A stretch of DNA of 64,000 bases from Alphaproteobacteria bacterium (GTDB taxonomy: Bacteria; Pseudomonadota; Alphaproteobacteria; UBA828). The notes below the pieces were generated by a model. It was not told where the DNA came from, made no database searches, and was given only the letters and a program-made list of their open reading frames with translations. Position 1 is the first letter of the stretch; each line of letters begins with the position of its first letter. The stretch is from positions 128,001 through 192,000 of the forward strand of contig CBDCRW010000004.1 in NCBI GenBank assembly GCA_965221125.1, in the 5' to 3' direction. This document shows, piece by piece, positions 30,457 to 39,958 of this stretch. Position numbers and translations under genes: made by a program.

Positions 30457-30597
30457 ATGGCCGGCGCGATCGGAATCGGATTGATCGGAACGGGCGGGGT
30501 CGCGACGCTGCATGCGAACGCGATCAACGCGGTCTCGGGAATCGAGGCGGCGGAGAAGGCGATCGGGGGTGCGGCGACGCCGATCGCCTACGACTGA
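30457..30597 (+). pseudogene. Collapsed Gfo/Idh/MocA oxidoreductase remnant (46 aa)
   Basis: MAGAIGIGLIGTGGVATLHANAINAVSGIE-AAEKAIGGAATPIAYD*: a Rossmann start joined to a C-terminus-like tail. Confidence 0.55.
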
Positions 30598-30632
30598 ACC
30601 AACGATGCGGGCCAAGAGGGTCGAATGCGGCT

Positions 30633-31412
30633 TCAGTGAGTGACGAGAAGCTCCGTCAGCTCCTCTATGGTGGTCTCTTCCTTGCGGGCGACCTTGATCA
30701 CCCGTCCGTGGGCCATCACCACGAAGCGGTGACAGACCTGCGACGCCTGGTAGAGGTTGTGGGTCACGAAGACGCACGAGACCCCGGTTGACGCGAGCTC
30801 GGTCATGAAGCCCAGCACCTTTTCGGTCTCGCGGACGGAGAGCGCGCTGGTCGGTTCGTCGAGCAGCAGCATGTCGTGCTTGAAATGCACCGCGCGGGCG
30901 ATGGCGACCGCCTGCTGCTGGCCGCCCGAAAGCTCCTCCACCATCAGCTCGGGCGAGGTGATGCCGGCGATGCGGACGTACTTGTCAAGGATCTCCATCG
31001 CGGTGTCGCGCATCTCCTTCATGCGCAGGAAGCCGGCCCGGTTGACCAGCTCCCGCCCGGCGAAGATGTTGCGCATGATCGACATCGAGCCCACCAGCGC
31101 GATGTCCTGGTAGATCGTCTCGATGCCCGCCGCCTCCGACGCCCTGCGGGAGTGGATGGAGATCGGGTCTCCGTTTCGCAGGAACGACCCGCTGTCGGGC
31201 TGCACGACGCCTGACATGATCTTGATGAGGGTGGACTTGCCCGCGCCGTTGTCGCCGAGGAGTCCGACCACCTCGTTGGGATAGATCTCGAAGTCCACGT
31301 CGATCAGCGCTTCCACGTGGCCGTACGACTTCGAAACCCCGCGAACCTCGAAGATCGGTGCGCCCGCTTCGGCGCTGTCGGCCTCGTCGATCGCTACTTG
31401 AGCTTCCGCCAT
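30633..31412 (-). CDS. Sugar ABC transporter ATP-binding protein
   Basis: GDNGAGKST, LSGGQQQ, LLDEPT. Confidence 0.93.
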   Translation of the reverse strand: MAEAQVAIDEADSAEAGAPIFEVRGVSKSYGHVEALIDVDFEIYPNEVVGLLGDNGAGKSTLIKIMSGVVQPDSGSFLRNGDPISIHSRRASEAAGIETIYQDIALVGSMSIMRNIFAGRELVNRAGFLRMKEMRDTAMEILDKYVRIAGITSPELMVEELSGGQQQAVAIARAVHFKHDMLLLDEPTSALSVRETEKVLGFMTELASTGVSCVFVTHNLYQASQVCHRFVVMAHGRVIKVARKEETTIEELTELLVTH

Positions 31413-31434
31413 TTTCGCTCCTCCCGCGGCGCCG

Positions 31435-32448
31435 TCAGTACTTCTTTCGGGCGAGCTGGTTGAGCACGACCCCGAAGACGATGACGATGCCGATGAACAT
31501 GTCGAGATAAAAGCCCGGCAGCTTCGCCAGAATGATGACGTCCTTGACCATCTGCAGGATGAAGGTCCCGACGACGATGCCGACGATGGCTCCGCGGCCG
31601 CCGGCGAGCGCCAGGCCGCCGATTACGCAGATCGCGATCGCCTCCAGCTCGAGGTAGAGCACGGGCGTCGACGTCGCGGAATTGATTCGCGTGGTGCTGA
31701 TGATGCCCGCGAACGTGGCGAGGCCGGAGCAGAGGACGAAGGCGAGCATCTTCGTCCGCACCACGTTGATGCCGACCGAGAGCGCCGCGTCGCGGTTGCC
31801 TCCGGCAGCGAAGAAGTGGTTGCCCAGGCGATGCCGGTTCAGGAAGAGGTAGCAGACGGCGGCGATCCCGAGGAACCAGAGGAACTGCGCCTGCATGTAG
31901 GAGCCGAGCCGCCCGGTCAGCGCATCCTCGAAACCGTCCGGCGGGAAGAAGCTGAGCGGGCGGTTGCTGGCGATGATGCGTGCCCCCGCACGCAAGATAA
32001 ACAACATGCCGAGCGTGGTTATGAAGGATGGTATGCCGAACCGGGTCGTGATGACCCCGTTGATCAGCCCGATCCCCATCCCGGATGCCATGCCGGCGAG
32101 GATGGCGAGGGCAAGGGGCACGTCGTTCACGTAGGCGAACACCATGATGTAGGGCGCGACAATGAAGACGGCGCCCACGGACAGGTCGAACTCGCCGCAG
32201 ATCATCAGCAGGCCGACGCCCAGCGCCATGATCCCGAGCGGCGGAATCGCGCGCATCAGGATCCTGATGTTGGCCGGCTGCGTGAACCGGAAATCGCTCG
32301 GATACAGCAGCGAGATGATGACGCAGACGGCGAGGAACACGAGGAACACGATGATGACGTTGCCGGCCGGATGGGCGCGCAGCCGGTCGAGGGCGTTCGC
32401 CCCGGCGTAGCGGTCCACGCCCGTGTTGCCGCGCCCGGTATCCACCAT
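31435..32448 (-). CDS. Sugar ABC permease (RbsC type)
   Basis: GEFDLSVG, IPSFITTLG, GGN..AA..VGI, ELEAIA..VIGG. Confidence 0.92.
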   Translation of the reverse strand: MVDTGRGNTGVDRYAGANALDRLRAHPAGNVIIVFLVFLAVCVIISLLYPSDFRFTQPANIRILMRAIPPLGIMALGVGLLMICGEFDLSVGAVFIVAPYIMVFAYVNDVPLALAILAGMASGMGIGLINGVITTRFGIPSFITTLGMLFILRAGARIIASNRPLSFFPPDGFEDALTGRLGSYMQAQFLWFLGIAAVCYLFLNRHRLGNHFFAAGGNRDAALSVGINVVRTKMLAFVLCSGLATFAGIISTTRINSATSTPVLYLELEAIAICVIGGLALAGGRGAIVGIVVGTFILQMVKDVIILAKLPGFYLDMFIGIVIVFGVVLNQLARKKY

Positions 32449-32459
32449 GCCGGCCCCGC

Positions 32460-33521
32460 TCAGCCGGACTGTCCGCCGACCCGCCGGGCGAACCAGGCGT
32501 TGGCGATGACCGCGATAATCACGATCGCGCCGACGAACCCCTGCAGGTAGACGCCAGGCGCGCGCAGAAGGATGAGGAGATTGTCGACGGTGAGGATGAG
32601 GGCGACGCCGAGACAGATGCCGAGCACCGTGCCCCGACCGCCGAAGAGGAAGACGCCGCCGACGACGCACGCGGCGATGGCCTGGAGCTCGAGCCCGGTG
32701 AGGGTCTGGGCGGGGATGATCGCGTTGACCCGGGTTGCCGAGATCGTTCCCGCGATTGCCGCGCCCACCGAGCAGATGACGAATCCGACCTGTTTGACCC
32801 GTTTCGCGTTGACGCCCACGGCGATCGCCGCCTCGCGGTTTCCGCCGACGGCGAGGAAATGATTGCCCAGCCGATGCCGGTTCAGGAAGACGTAGGCGAG
32901 GATCGCGAAGAAGATGAACCACAGGAACTGGGCATGCAGCGGCCCCACGATGTGGCCGGTAAGGACCGCCTCGAAGGTCTCGCCAGGATATATCGATACC
33001 TGCTCGGAAGACGTCGACTTGGGGTCCGACGAGAAGTAGCGGACCACGCCGCGCAGGAAGAACATCATCCCCAGCGTGGCGATGAAGGAGGGGATCACCA
33101 GCCGGGTGGTGATGAGCCCGTTCGCGACCCCGACCGCAACGCCGACGAAGAGGGCCAGCAGGACCGCCGCCCAGAGCGGCCAGCCCCATTCGTTGAGCGA
33201 CAGCCCCATCAGGTAGGGGGCGAGAGTGTAGACGCCGGCGACCGACAGGTCGAACTCGCCGGCAATCATCAGGAGTCCGACGCCGAGAGCGAGTATCCCG
33301 AGGGTCGGTATGGTCTGGAACAGAACGCCGAGATTGCCCGCGGCGAGGAACCGGAAGTCGCTGGGGACCACCAGCCCGATGACGATGAGGGTGAGGAGAA
33401 AGGTGCCGTAGAGGACGACGATGTTGGCGGCGGGGTAGCGGCGGAAGCGGGTCCACGGCGTCTGGTGGACATAGCGGCCCGCACCCGCATCCGTGCCGGC
33501 GTTCGGTTCCGATGCGCTCAT
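32460..33521 (-). CDS. Sugar ABC permease (RbsC type)
   Basis: GEFDLSV, IPSFIATLG, ELQAIAACVVGG. Confidence 0.92.
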   Translation of the reverse strand: MSASEPNAGTDAGAGRYVHQTPWTRFRRYPAANIVVLYGTFLLTLIVIGLVVPSDFRFLAAGNLGVLFQTIPTLGILALGVGLLMIAGEFDLSVAGVYTLAPYLMGLSLNEWGWPLWAAVLLALFVGVAVGVANGLITTRLVIPSFIATLGMMFFLRGVVRYFSSDPKSTSSEQVSIYPGETFEAVLTGHIVGPLHAQFLWFIFFAILAYVFLNRHRLGNHFLAVGGNREAAIAVGVNAKRVKQVGFVICSVGAAIAGTISATRVNAIIPAQTLTGLELQAIAACVVGGVFLFGGRGTVLGICLGVALILTVDNLLILLRAPGVYLQGFVGAIVIIAVIANAWFARRVGGQSG

Positions 33522-33633
33522 GTCCGTTGGGGAGTCCCTTGCGGAGACCGAGCCTGCCCCTCCCTGCGGCCGCCCGTCTACGGACGGCCGCGAGGAGGGG
33601 TTTCGCTTACCGAATCAGGCTGCGGGCTGAACC

Positions 33634-34584
33634 CTAGCGATAGGTTCCGGCGAAGTCGGTCGCCGCCTGGGCATTGGATGCATCGACGACGCCGTTGCCC
33701 GTGTCGACGCTTCCCGGCGCCAGGTTGTAGCGAACCTGGTAGGCGATGAACATGACGGGCAGGAAGCCCTGCCAGAAGGGCTGCTGATCCATGGTTGCCG
33801 TGGTCAGTCCTGCGTTGATGTTCTCCATGATACGCGGATTGACGTCGAACCCGCCGTTCGGCAGACCGTCGAGTCCCGCCTCTTCAGCGGCCTGGGGCAG
33901 CACCGAGGTGGGTACGTTGCCGAGCCCGATGGCGCAGTCGGTATCCGGATTGGCGAGCAGGTACTCGGCCACGATGTTGAGGTTCTCGGCGACCTGATCG
34001 CCGGTCCCGATCATCTCGCTCGTGATCCCCGCTGCGTCCAGCGCATTCTTGACGCCTTGGTAGCGCTCGCCGGCGTAGATGAGATCGGGGAACTCCACCG
34101 GCGCGACACAGTGATCGCCTTCCTTGAGGCCGTGCTCCGCGATCATCCTCGACCCGATGATGTACCCGGAAGCGATGAAGTCCTGGCCGACGAAGGCCTG
34201 GCGCGCGGTATCGGCGTCGTCGATGTTCGAAGAGACGACCGCCATCCCCGCCTCACGCGCCTTGGCGATGACCTCGATCATCGCGTCCTCGACGGAGATC
34301 ATCGGCACCACGCCGTCCTGCCGGTTGGCGATGGCGGTCTCGATGATGTTGATCTGACGCTGCGGGTCGCCCTCGGCATTCTGGATGTCGAGGTTGACGT
34401 TGAACTTCTCGGCCGCTTCCCGCGCGCCGAACATCACCGGCTCGAAGAAGACGTTGCCAGGGCAGCAGTGGACGATGAGGGTCACGTCCACCTCGTCGTT
34501 ATCCAGCTTGGCCTGAGCCGGCAGCGCTATCGACAGTCCGAGGATCGCCGCTGACAGCGCGGCGAGAAGTCGGTTTCGAGTCAT
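33634..34584 (-). CDS. Sugar ABC substrate-binding protein
   Basis: Signal peptide, FVGQD, GFD, DQQPFWQGF. Confidence 0.9.
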   Translation of the reverse strand: MTRNRLLAALSAAILGLSIALPAQAKLDNDEVDVTLIVHCCPGNVFFEPVMFGAREAAEKFNVNLDIQNAEGDPQRQINIIETAIANRQDGVVPMISVEDAMIEVIAKAREAGMAVVSSNIDDADTARQAFVGQDFIASGYIIGSRMIAEHGLKEGDHCVAPVEFPDLIYAGERYQGVKNALDAAGITSEMIGTGDQVAENLNIVAEYLLANPDTDCAIGLGNVPTSVLPQAAEEAGLDGLPNGGFDVNPRIMENINAGLTTATMDQQPFWQGFLPVMFIAYQVRYNLAPGSVDTGNGVVDASNAQAATDFAGTYR

Positions 34585-34718
34585 GGTCTGATTTCCTCCC
34601 TAGGGCTTATGATTTGTGGCTGGCGGGCTTCGCGGCACACCCAGCCGGAGCGGCCGGGCACCCGTTCCGGGTTCGCCTACTCCCGAGTCGTTCGTGTCGC
34701 ATTCGCGCAGGACCTTCG

Positions 34719-35651
34719 TCAGGCCGCCTCCTCCCAGCGATCGAGCCAGGGCCCGGAGCACGAGTACTCGAAGCTGTCGTCGGCAAGGCCCCGGTACGCC
34801 TGGATGTCGTCGAGCTGCCCCCGCGACCATTCCTCCAGGTCGAGGCGGAAGCCGGGGTCGCCGCCTTTCCGCATCGGCACCAGCGGCCGTTCGTCGAACC
34901 CCGCCGGCTCGCCCGGACGCTGCCAGCGAAGGTCGGCCGTCCACCGAATCTTGTCGGAGAAATTCTCGGTCGAGCGGTGCGGCATCATCGTGTTGTGAAA
35001 GAGGACCGAGCCCACTTTCATCTCGCAGGTGACGCGCTCGCCTTCCGGCAGGTCGGCCTCGTCGATGTAGACGTACCAGGACTTCGGATGCCCGACCATG
35101 CACTCCTTGCGATGGCGGAACACCTGCCCCGAGCGGTGCCCGCCACGGATCACCTCGAGCGTTCCGTTCTCCCGGCTCGCATCGATGAACGGGATCCATG
35201 CGACCGGCTGCAGCGTGCGCTCCATTCCCGGGGTGAAGTAGGCGGCGTCCTGGTGCCACGGCACCGTCATGAGCTGCGTGTTCGGAGTCTTGGGCCGGAT
35301 CACGCTGATCGGATGGCCGCAGATGTCGGGGCCGAGAAAGCGTTCGACGACGTCGAGGAGCTTGTCCGAAGACCACAGCCGGGCCAGCGCGGGCCGGACC
35401 TGCTCCCGGTTGTGAACCAGCGGGGCGGCGCCCGGCCACTGCTCTTCAAGCTTCGTGAGGCGGTGGAAGAAATCCTCGTCCGCGCACTTGTCCGCGATCT
35501 TGCCCGCTAGGTGGAGCTTCTCGGCCCATTCGTCCACGACCTGCTCGAACTCGTCCATCACCGGCTGAAGGTCGTCGGCCGTCAGCAGATCCTCCACGAT
35601 GAGAAAGCCGTCGTCGAAGTACTGCTGGACCTGCTGGTCGGTGAGCGCCAT
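34719..35651 (-). CDS. Phytanoyl-CoA dioxygenase (PhyH) family Fe/2OG oxygenase
   Basis: YFDDGFL, PWHQDAAY, WIP...ENGTL, HRS..N.S..IRW. Confidence 0.88.
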   Translation of the reverse strand: MALTDQQVQQYFDDGFLIVEDLLTADDLQPVMDEFEQVVDEWAEKLHLAGKIADKCADEDFFHRLTKLEEQWPGAAPLVHNREQVRPALARLWSSDKLLDVVERFLGPDICGHPISVIRPKTPNTQLMTVPWHQDAAYFTPGMERTLQPVAWIPFIDASRENGTLEVIRGGHRSGQVFRHRKECMVGHPKSWYVYIDEADLPEGERVTCEMKVGSVLFHNTMMPHRSTENFSDKIRWTADLRWQRPGEPAGFDERPLVPMRKGGDPGFRLDLEEWSRGQLDDIQAYRGLADDSFEYSCSGPWLDRWEEAA

Positions 35652-35882
35652 GACGTTCCTCCCTCGAACCCGTCAGCGTGCCCGGACCCTGGGCAGCATA
35701 CGAGACCGCCACTCAGGCAGCGTAACAAGCGCAAATTGCGATTTCAACGCCGCCTGTCCGATTCACGGCGCCCCGCGTCCCGAAGCCGCAGCTGCCGGCC
35801 GCGCCCCCGGCTGCGGAGAAGAATTGGAGCGCAAGGGCAGGCATGGGCTAACATCCGTGCGGGCTGACGGCATGGCAACGGC

Positions 35883-36944
35883 ATGGACATTGCACGCAGG
35901 GACTACAGCCTGAACGGCGAGGAGACCAGGCGCGCCTGGGAGAAGGGCCTCGTGTCCGCGGAGTGGTACCGGAGCCCGGTGCCGCGTGCGCGCCTCAAGG
36001 AGCTCATGAAGCGCCGCAACTTCCCCGCGCTCTGGCATCTGTTCCTCTGGTACGCGCTGATCGCCGGCTTCGGCGTGCTGACCTGGCTGACCTGGGGCAC
36101 GTGGTGGATGGCGCCCGCCTACCTTGCCTACTGCACCATTCTCACCGGCTCTTCGGATCCGCGCTGGCACGAGTTCGGCCACGGCACGGCGACCGCGATC
36201 CCGTGGCTCAACAACGCCGTCTACAACTTCGCGTCGTTCTTCCTGCTGCGCGAGCCGACGGTGTGGCGCTGGAGCCACACGCGCCACCACACCGACACGA
36301 TCATCGTCGGCCGTGACCCGGAGATCGTGAATCCGCGGCCACCGGACTTCCGTGCGCTCTTCCTCACCGCCTTCAACCTCATCGGCGGAACGAAGACCAT
36401 CAAGCACGTTTTCATTCACGCGCTCGGCAGGAAGACCTTCCCGGAAGAGGACTTCGTGCCGGAGGCCGAGTGGTGGAGAGTGCACCTGGCGGCGCGAGTG
36501 TGGATCGCGATCTGGCTCGGCACCATCGCGCTTGCGATCGCGACCGGCTCGGTGCTGCCCGTCGCGCTGGTGCTGGTGCCGCCCTTCCTCGGTCACTGGA
36601 TCGTGCTCTTCTTCGGCATGACCCAGCACCTGGCCCTTGCCGAGGACGTGCTCGACCATCGCCTCTGCACCCGCACCGTCTACATGAACCCGGTGCTGCG
36701 GTTCCTCTACCTGAACATGAACTACCACGTGGAACACCACATGTACCCGCTGGTGCCCTACCACGCGCTGCCCAGGCTGCACGAAGAGGTGAAGGCGGAC
36801 TGCCCGCCGCCCTGCCCGAGCGTCTGGGCGGCCTACCGGGAGATCATTCCGACCATGTTCAGGCAGCGGCGGGACCCGGAGACCTGGATCGAGAAGGAGT
36901 TGCCCGCGGCCACCGCCGAAGCGAAGGTGGCGGCAGCGGAGTAG
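35883..36944 (+). CDS. mocD: MocD-like membrane di-iron oxygenase (fatty-acid desaturase family)
   Basis: WHEFGHGT, SHTRHHTDT, QH, NYHVEHHMYP His boxes; adjacent to a Rieske ferredoxin. Confidence 0.85.
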   Translation: MDIARRDYSLNGEETRRAWEKGLVSAEWYRSPVPRARLKELMKRRNFPALWHLFLWYALIAGFGVLTWLTWGTWWMAPAYLAYCTILTGSSDPRWHEFGHGTATAIPWLNNAVYNFASFFLLREPTVWRWSHTRHHTDTIIVGRDPEIVNPRPPDFRALFLTAFNLIGGTKTIKHVFIHALGRKTFPEEDFVPEAEWWRVHLAARVWIAIWLGTIALAIATGSVLPVALVLVPPFLGHWIVLFFGMTQHLALAEDVLDHRLCTRTVYMNPVLRFLYLNMNYHVEHHMYPLVPYHALPRLHEEVKADCPPPCPSVWAAYREIIPTMFRQRRDPETWIEKELPAATAEAKVAAAE

Positions 36945-37001
36945 AGCGGCGTCGGGAGGCAGCGGCCGGGCTCGCGGCGCAGGAGTTCGGAGAGAGTTGC
37001 C

Positions 37002-37316
37002 ATGAGCGGCTGGGTCAGGGCGTGCGCGGTCGACGACATCGAGCCCGAGGACGTGATCCGCTTCGATCACGGCGGGCGGACGTTCGCGATCTACCGCAGC
37101 CCCGACAACGAGTTCTACGCGACCGACGGAAACTGCACGCACGAGGAGACGCACCTCGCCGAGGGCTTCGTAATCGACGAGGTTATCGTGTGCCCGAAGC
37201 ACAACGGCCGCTTTGACTACAGGACGGGCCGGGCGCTCGGCGCCCCGGTGCTCGACGACCTGGACGTGTATCCGGTGCGGATCGAGAACGGGTCCGTCTA
37301 CGTGAATATCGGCTGA
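37002..37316 (+). CDS. mocE: MocE-like Rieske 2Fe-2S ferredoxin
   Basis: CTHE...CPKHNGRF, DVIRFDHGGRTFAIYR. Confidence 0.9.
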   Translation: MSGWVRACAVDDIEPEDVIRFDHGGRTFAIYRSPDNEFYATDGNCTHEETHLAEGFVIDEVIVCPKHNGRFDYRTGRALGAPVLDDLDVYPVRIENGSVYVNIG

Positions 37317-37382
37317 CAGGGCCACCGGAGCGAGAGGCGGACGCAAGGCACGCGACCTGCTCACCCGAAAGGGGAACGAACG

Positions 37383-38402
37383 ATGACGGAGCCAACTCTC
37401 GGTACCCGCGACGCGCGCGGCAACTGGCGTCCGCCCTACATCATCGAGAAGCCGATCTTCATGTCGTGGCCGCTCAAGCCGGTCGCGGTCCTCAAGTTCT
37501 TCTTCGGGTGGCCCGGCTATCTCTGGCCGTGGAATGCCCTCTTCTTCGCGTTTCCGCTGGTGGCGTGGCTTTACATGACGCCGCCTCTCGCCGACATGCA
37601 GACGTTCGAGGCGTGGTGGATCGCCGTCGTCTTCGCCCGCAACCTGGGGTTCACGGTGCTCCTCTTCGGTGCCTGGCACCTGTGGTTCTACGTCTTCAAG
37701 GCCCAGGGCACGCACACCAAGTACACGCTTCGCCCGTTCGCCCGGAACAGCAGGGTCTTTGCCTTCAACAACCAGCTTGCGGACAACATCTTCTGGTGCC
37801 TGGCGAGCGGCGTGCCGATCTGGACGGCCTACGAGGTCGTTACGCTGTGGGCCTTCGCCAACGGCTACGTGCCGTTCGTCGAGCTGCGCACGGACCCGGT
37901 GTGGTTCGTCGTCTTCATGCTGCTGATCCCGCTGATCCGGGAATTCCACTTCTACGCCGTGCACCGCCTGCTGCACTGGCGGCCGCTCTACGAGCTCGCT
38001 CACAAGGTGCATCACCGCAACGTCAACGTCGGCCCCTGGGCCGGCATGTCGATGCACCCGGTGGAGCACGTGCTCTACTTCTCGGGCGCGCTGTTGCACT
38101 GGGTCGTTCCCTCGCACCCGCTGCACATGATGTTTCACCTGCACCACGCCGCGCTCTCGGCGCCCCAGGGCCACCATGGCTTCGAGAGCTTCGGCGTCGA
38201 AGGCAGGGCGGTGTCCTTCGGCGGCTACGGACACTACCTCCACCACAGGTACTTCGAGTGCAACTACGGCGGCGGCGACGGCCTGCTGATCTGGGACGTC
38301 CTGTTCGGCACGTGGCACGACGGCTCCGACGAGGCCCACGAGCGCATGAAGCGGCGCCTGGCCAAGCGTCGCTGGGCGGAGAAAGCGGCGGGCGCCGCGT
38401 AG
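37383..38402 (+). CDS. Sterol desaturase / fatty-acid hydroxylase family protein
   Basis: HFYAVHRLLH, HKVHH, SMHPVEH, HYLHHRYFECNYG, DVLFGT. Confidence 0.88.
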   Translation: MTEPTLGTRDARGNWRPPYIIEKPIFMSWPLKPVAVLKFFFGWPGYLWPWNALFFAFPLVAWLYMTPPLADMQTFEAWWIAVVFARNLGFTVLLFGAWHLWFYVFKAQGTHTKYTLRPFARNSRVFAFNNQLADNIFWCLASGVPIWTAYEVVTLWAFANGYVPFVELRTDPVWFVVFMLLIPLIREFHFYAVHRLLHWRPLYELAHKVHHRNVNVGPWAGMSMHPVEHVLYFSGALLHWVVPSHPLHMMFHLHHAALSAPQGHHGFESFGVEGRAVSFGGYGHYLHHRYFECNYGGGDGLLIWDVLFGTWHDGSDEAHERMKRRLAKRRWAEKAAGAA

Positions 38403-38491
38403 TCTGTTGATGGAATGGACGCCCCCTCCTGACGGCATCGCAATGTGCCAAGGTGGTGTTGTGTTTCAACCCCCTGAAGGAGGAGGCATCC

Positions 38492-39514
38492 ATGGAAGAG
38501 GTTAGCATCATCGGGATCGATCTGGCGAAGCGCAGCTTTCAGCTTCACGGTGTTCGGGCAGACGGGTCGGTTGCATTCCGCAAGAAGCTGAGCCGGGAGA
38601 AGCTTGAGAGCTTTCTGGCCTCTCGGCCGCGTTGTGAAGTGGCGATGGAGGCTTGCGCGAGTGCACACCACTGGGGCCGGGCGTTCCATGAGCTTGGCCA
38701 CGACGTGAGGTTGATCCCGCCGATCTACGTCAAGCCGTATGTGAAGCGGCAGAAGAACGACGCGGCGGACGCGGAGGCGATCTGCGAAGCCGCGCAGCGG
38801 CCGAGCATGCGCTTGGTGGCGGTGAAGACGCAGGATCAGCAGGCCCGGGCGATGTTGTTCCGCACGCGCGATCTTCTGGTGCGTCAGCGGACGCAGACGA
38901 TCAACGCGCTGAGGGGCCACCTGGCGGAGTTCGGCGTGATCGCGCCCAAGGGACCGGCTCATGTCGGTCGGCTGGCTGTGGCGCTGGAAGCCCCGGGTTG
39001 CGACTTGCCGGAGCAGGTTCGGGAGTTGGCCGGCCTTCTCCTCGAGCAGATCGCCGTGCTCAGTGCGAAGATCGACAGCCTTGGGAAGGCGCTTCAGGCG
39101 AGCGCGCGCCAGGACGAAGAGGCGATGCGGCTCATGACGATCCCCGGGATCGGTCCGATCTGTGCGATGGCGCTCCAGGCCTTTGCACCGCCGATGGAGA
39201 GCTTCCGGCGCGGGCGCGATTTCTCCGCCTGGCTCGGCCTCGTGCCGCGCCAGCACACGACGGGCGGCAAGCCGAGGCTGGGCAAGATATCGAGGATGGG
39301 CCAGCGCGACCTCAGGCGCCTCCTGATCACGGGCGCCATGACGGTTGTCAGGCACGCGATTCGACGCGGCGAGACGGCTGACCCCTGGCTGGCCAGGATG
39401 CTGGCGCGCAAGCCGAGGATGCTGGTCGCGGTGGCCCTGGCCAACCGCATGGCGCGTATCGTGTGGGCGCTGGAGACGAGGAAGGAGACCTACCGGCTTC
39501 CCGTCGCCGCCTGA
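38492..39514 (+). CDS. IS110 DEDD recombinase/transposase
   Basis: GIDLAK, MEAC, KNDAADAEAI, IPGIG, GLVPRQHTTGG. RBS GGAGGAGG before the ATG. Confidence 0.95.
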   Translation: MEEVSIIGIDLAKRSFQLHGVRADGSVAFRKKLSREKLESFLASRPRCEVAMEACASAHHWGRAFHELGHDVRLIPPIYVKPYVKRQKNDAADAEAICEAAQRPSMRLVAVKTQDQQARAMLFRTRDLLVRQRTQTINALRGHLAEFGVIAPKGPAHVGRLAVALEAPGCDLPEQVRELAGLLLEQIAVLSAKIDSLGKALQASARQDEEAMRLMTIPGIGPICAMALQAFAPPMESFRRGRDFSAWLGLVPRQHTTGGKPRLGKISRMGQRDLRRLLITGAMTVVRHAIRRGETADPWLARMLARKPRMLVAVALANRMARIVWALETRKETYRLPVAA

Positions 39515-39770
39515 GAAGGCGAAGCGCGGAACGTCGTCGGGGATGCGGGCAGGACGGAGGACGGGCAAGGGCAAAACGGTCAACGAGACGGGATCGGGCA
39601 AACCAGCTTCCGAACAAAGAGCCTTCGAGCTCGCACTGTTGATATGGACCCGATCCGCGTATCTCCATGCGGGCCAGCGGCGCCAGAGTTACGCGCCGCA
39701 TCAACAGGCCGGATAGATGTAAGCACCTGACCGCATGCTCCAAGGCGTTCAAAGAACTGCTTGCATCAAC
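39515..39770 (+). ncRNA. Predicted bridge/seek RNA region of the IS110 element
   Basis: Stems GGATCGGG/CCCGATCC and GCGGCGC/GCGCCGC enclose segments matching the target and the element ends (see findings). Boundaries approximate. Confidence 0.75.
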
Positions 39771-39958
39771 GGGGGCGTCCATAGATGTTCGGCATGCGGG
39801 TTGCGCGCCGATCGGCGCGGTAACTCATTGATCTGGCTGGATTGTGGGGGATCAATATAGCGTGCTTAACGACACGCGTGTTCTTTCAGACCATTGACAT
39901 GCAACGAATTTGTCCGCTTGCGCGGCAGACCGTGTTGGTGGTGAGAAATACGGGCTAG

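Larger units (their letters stand above)
38408..39785 (+). mobile_element. IS110 family, IS1111-type element
   Basis: 12-bp subterminal IRs ATGGACGCCCCC (38415-38426) and GGGGGCGTCCAT (39771-39782), set 7 and 3 bp inside the inferred ends. TGT flanks both sides. Long 3' non-coding region. Confidence 0.9.

Noticed and set aside
33555-33600. Strong hairpin between the binding-protein and permease genes
   Set aside because: Common intra-operon stabilising or attenuating hairpin in ABC operons.
35763-38438. 891-aa minus-strand ORF over mocD, mocE and the sterol desaturase
   Set aside because: Antisense shadow; the plus-strand genes carry clear family motifs.
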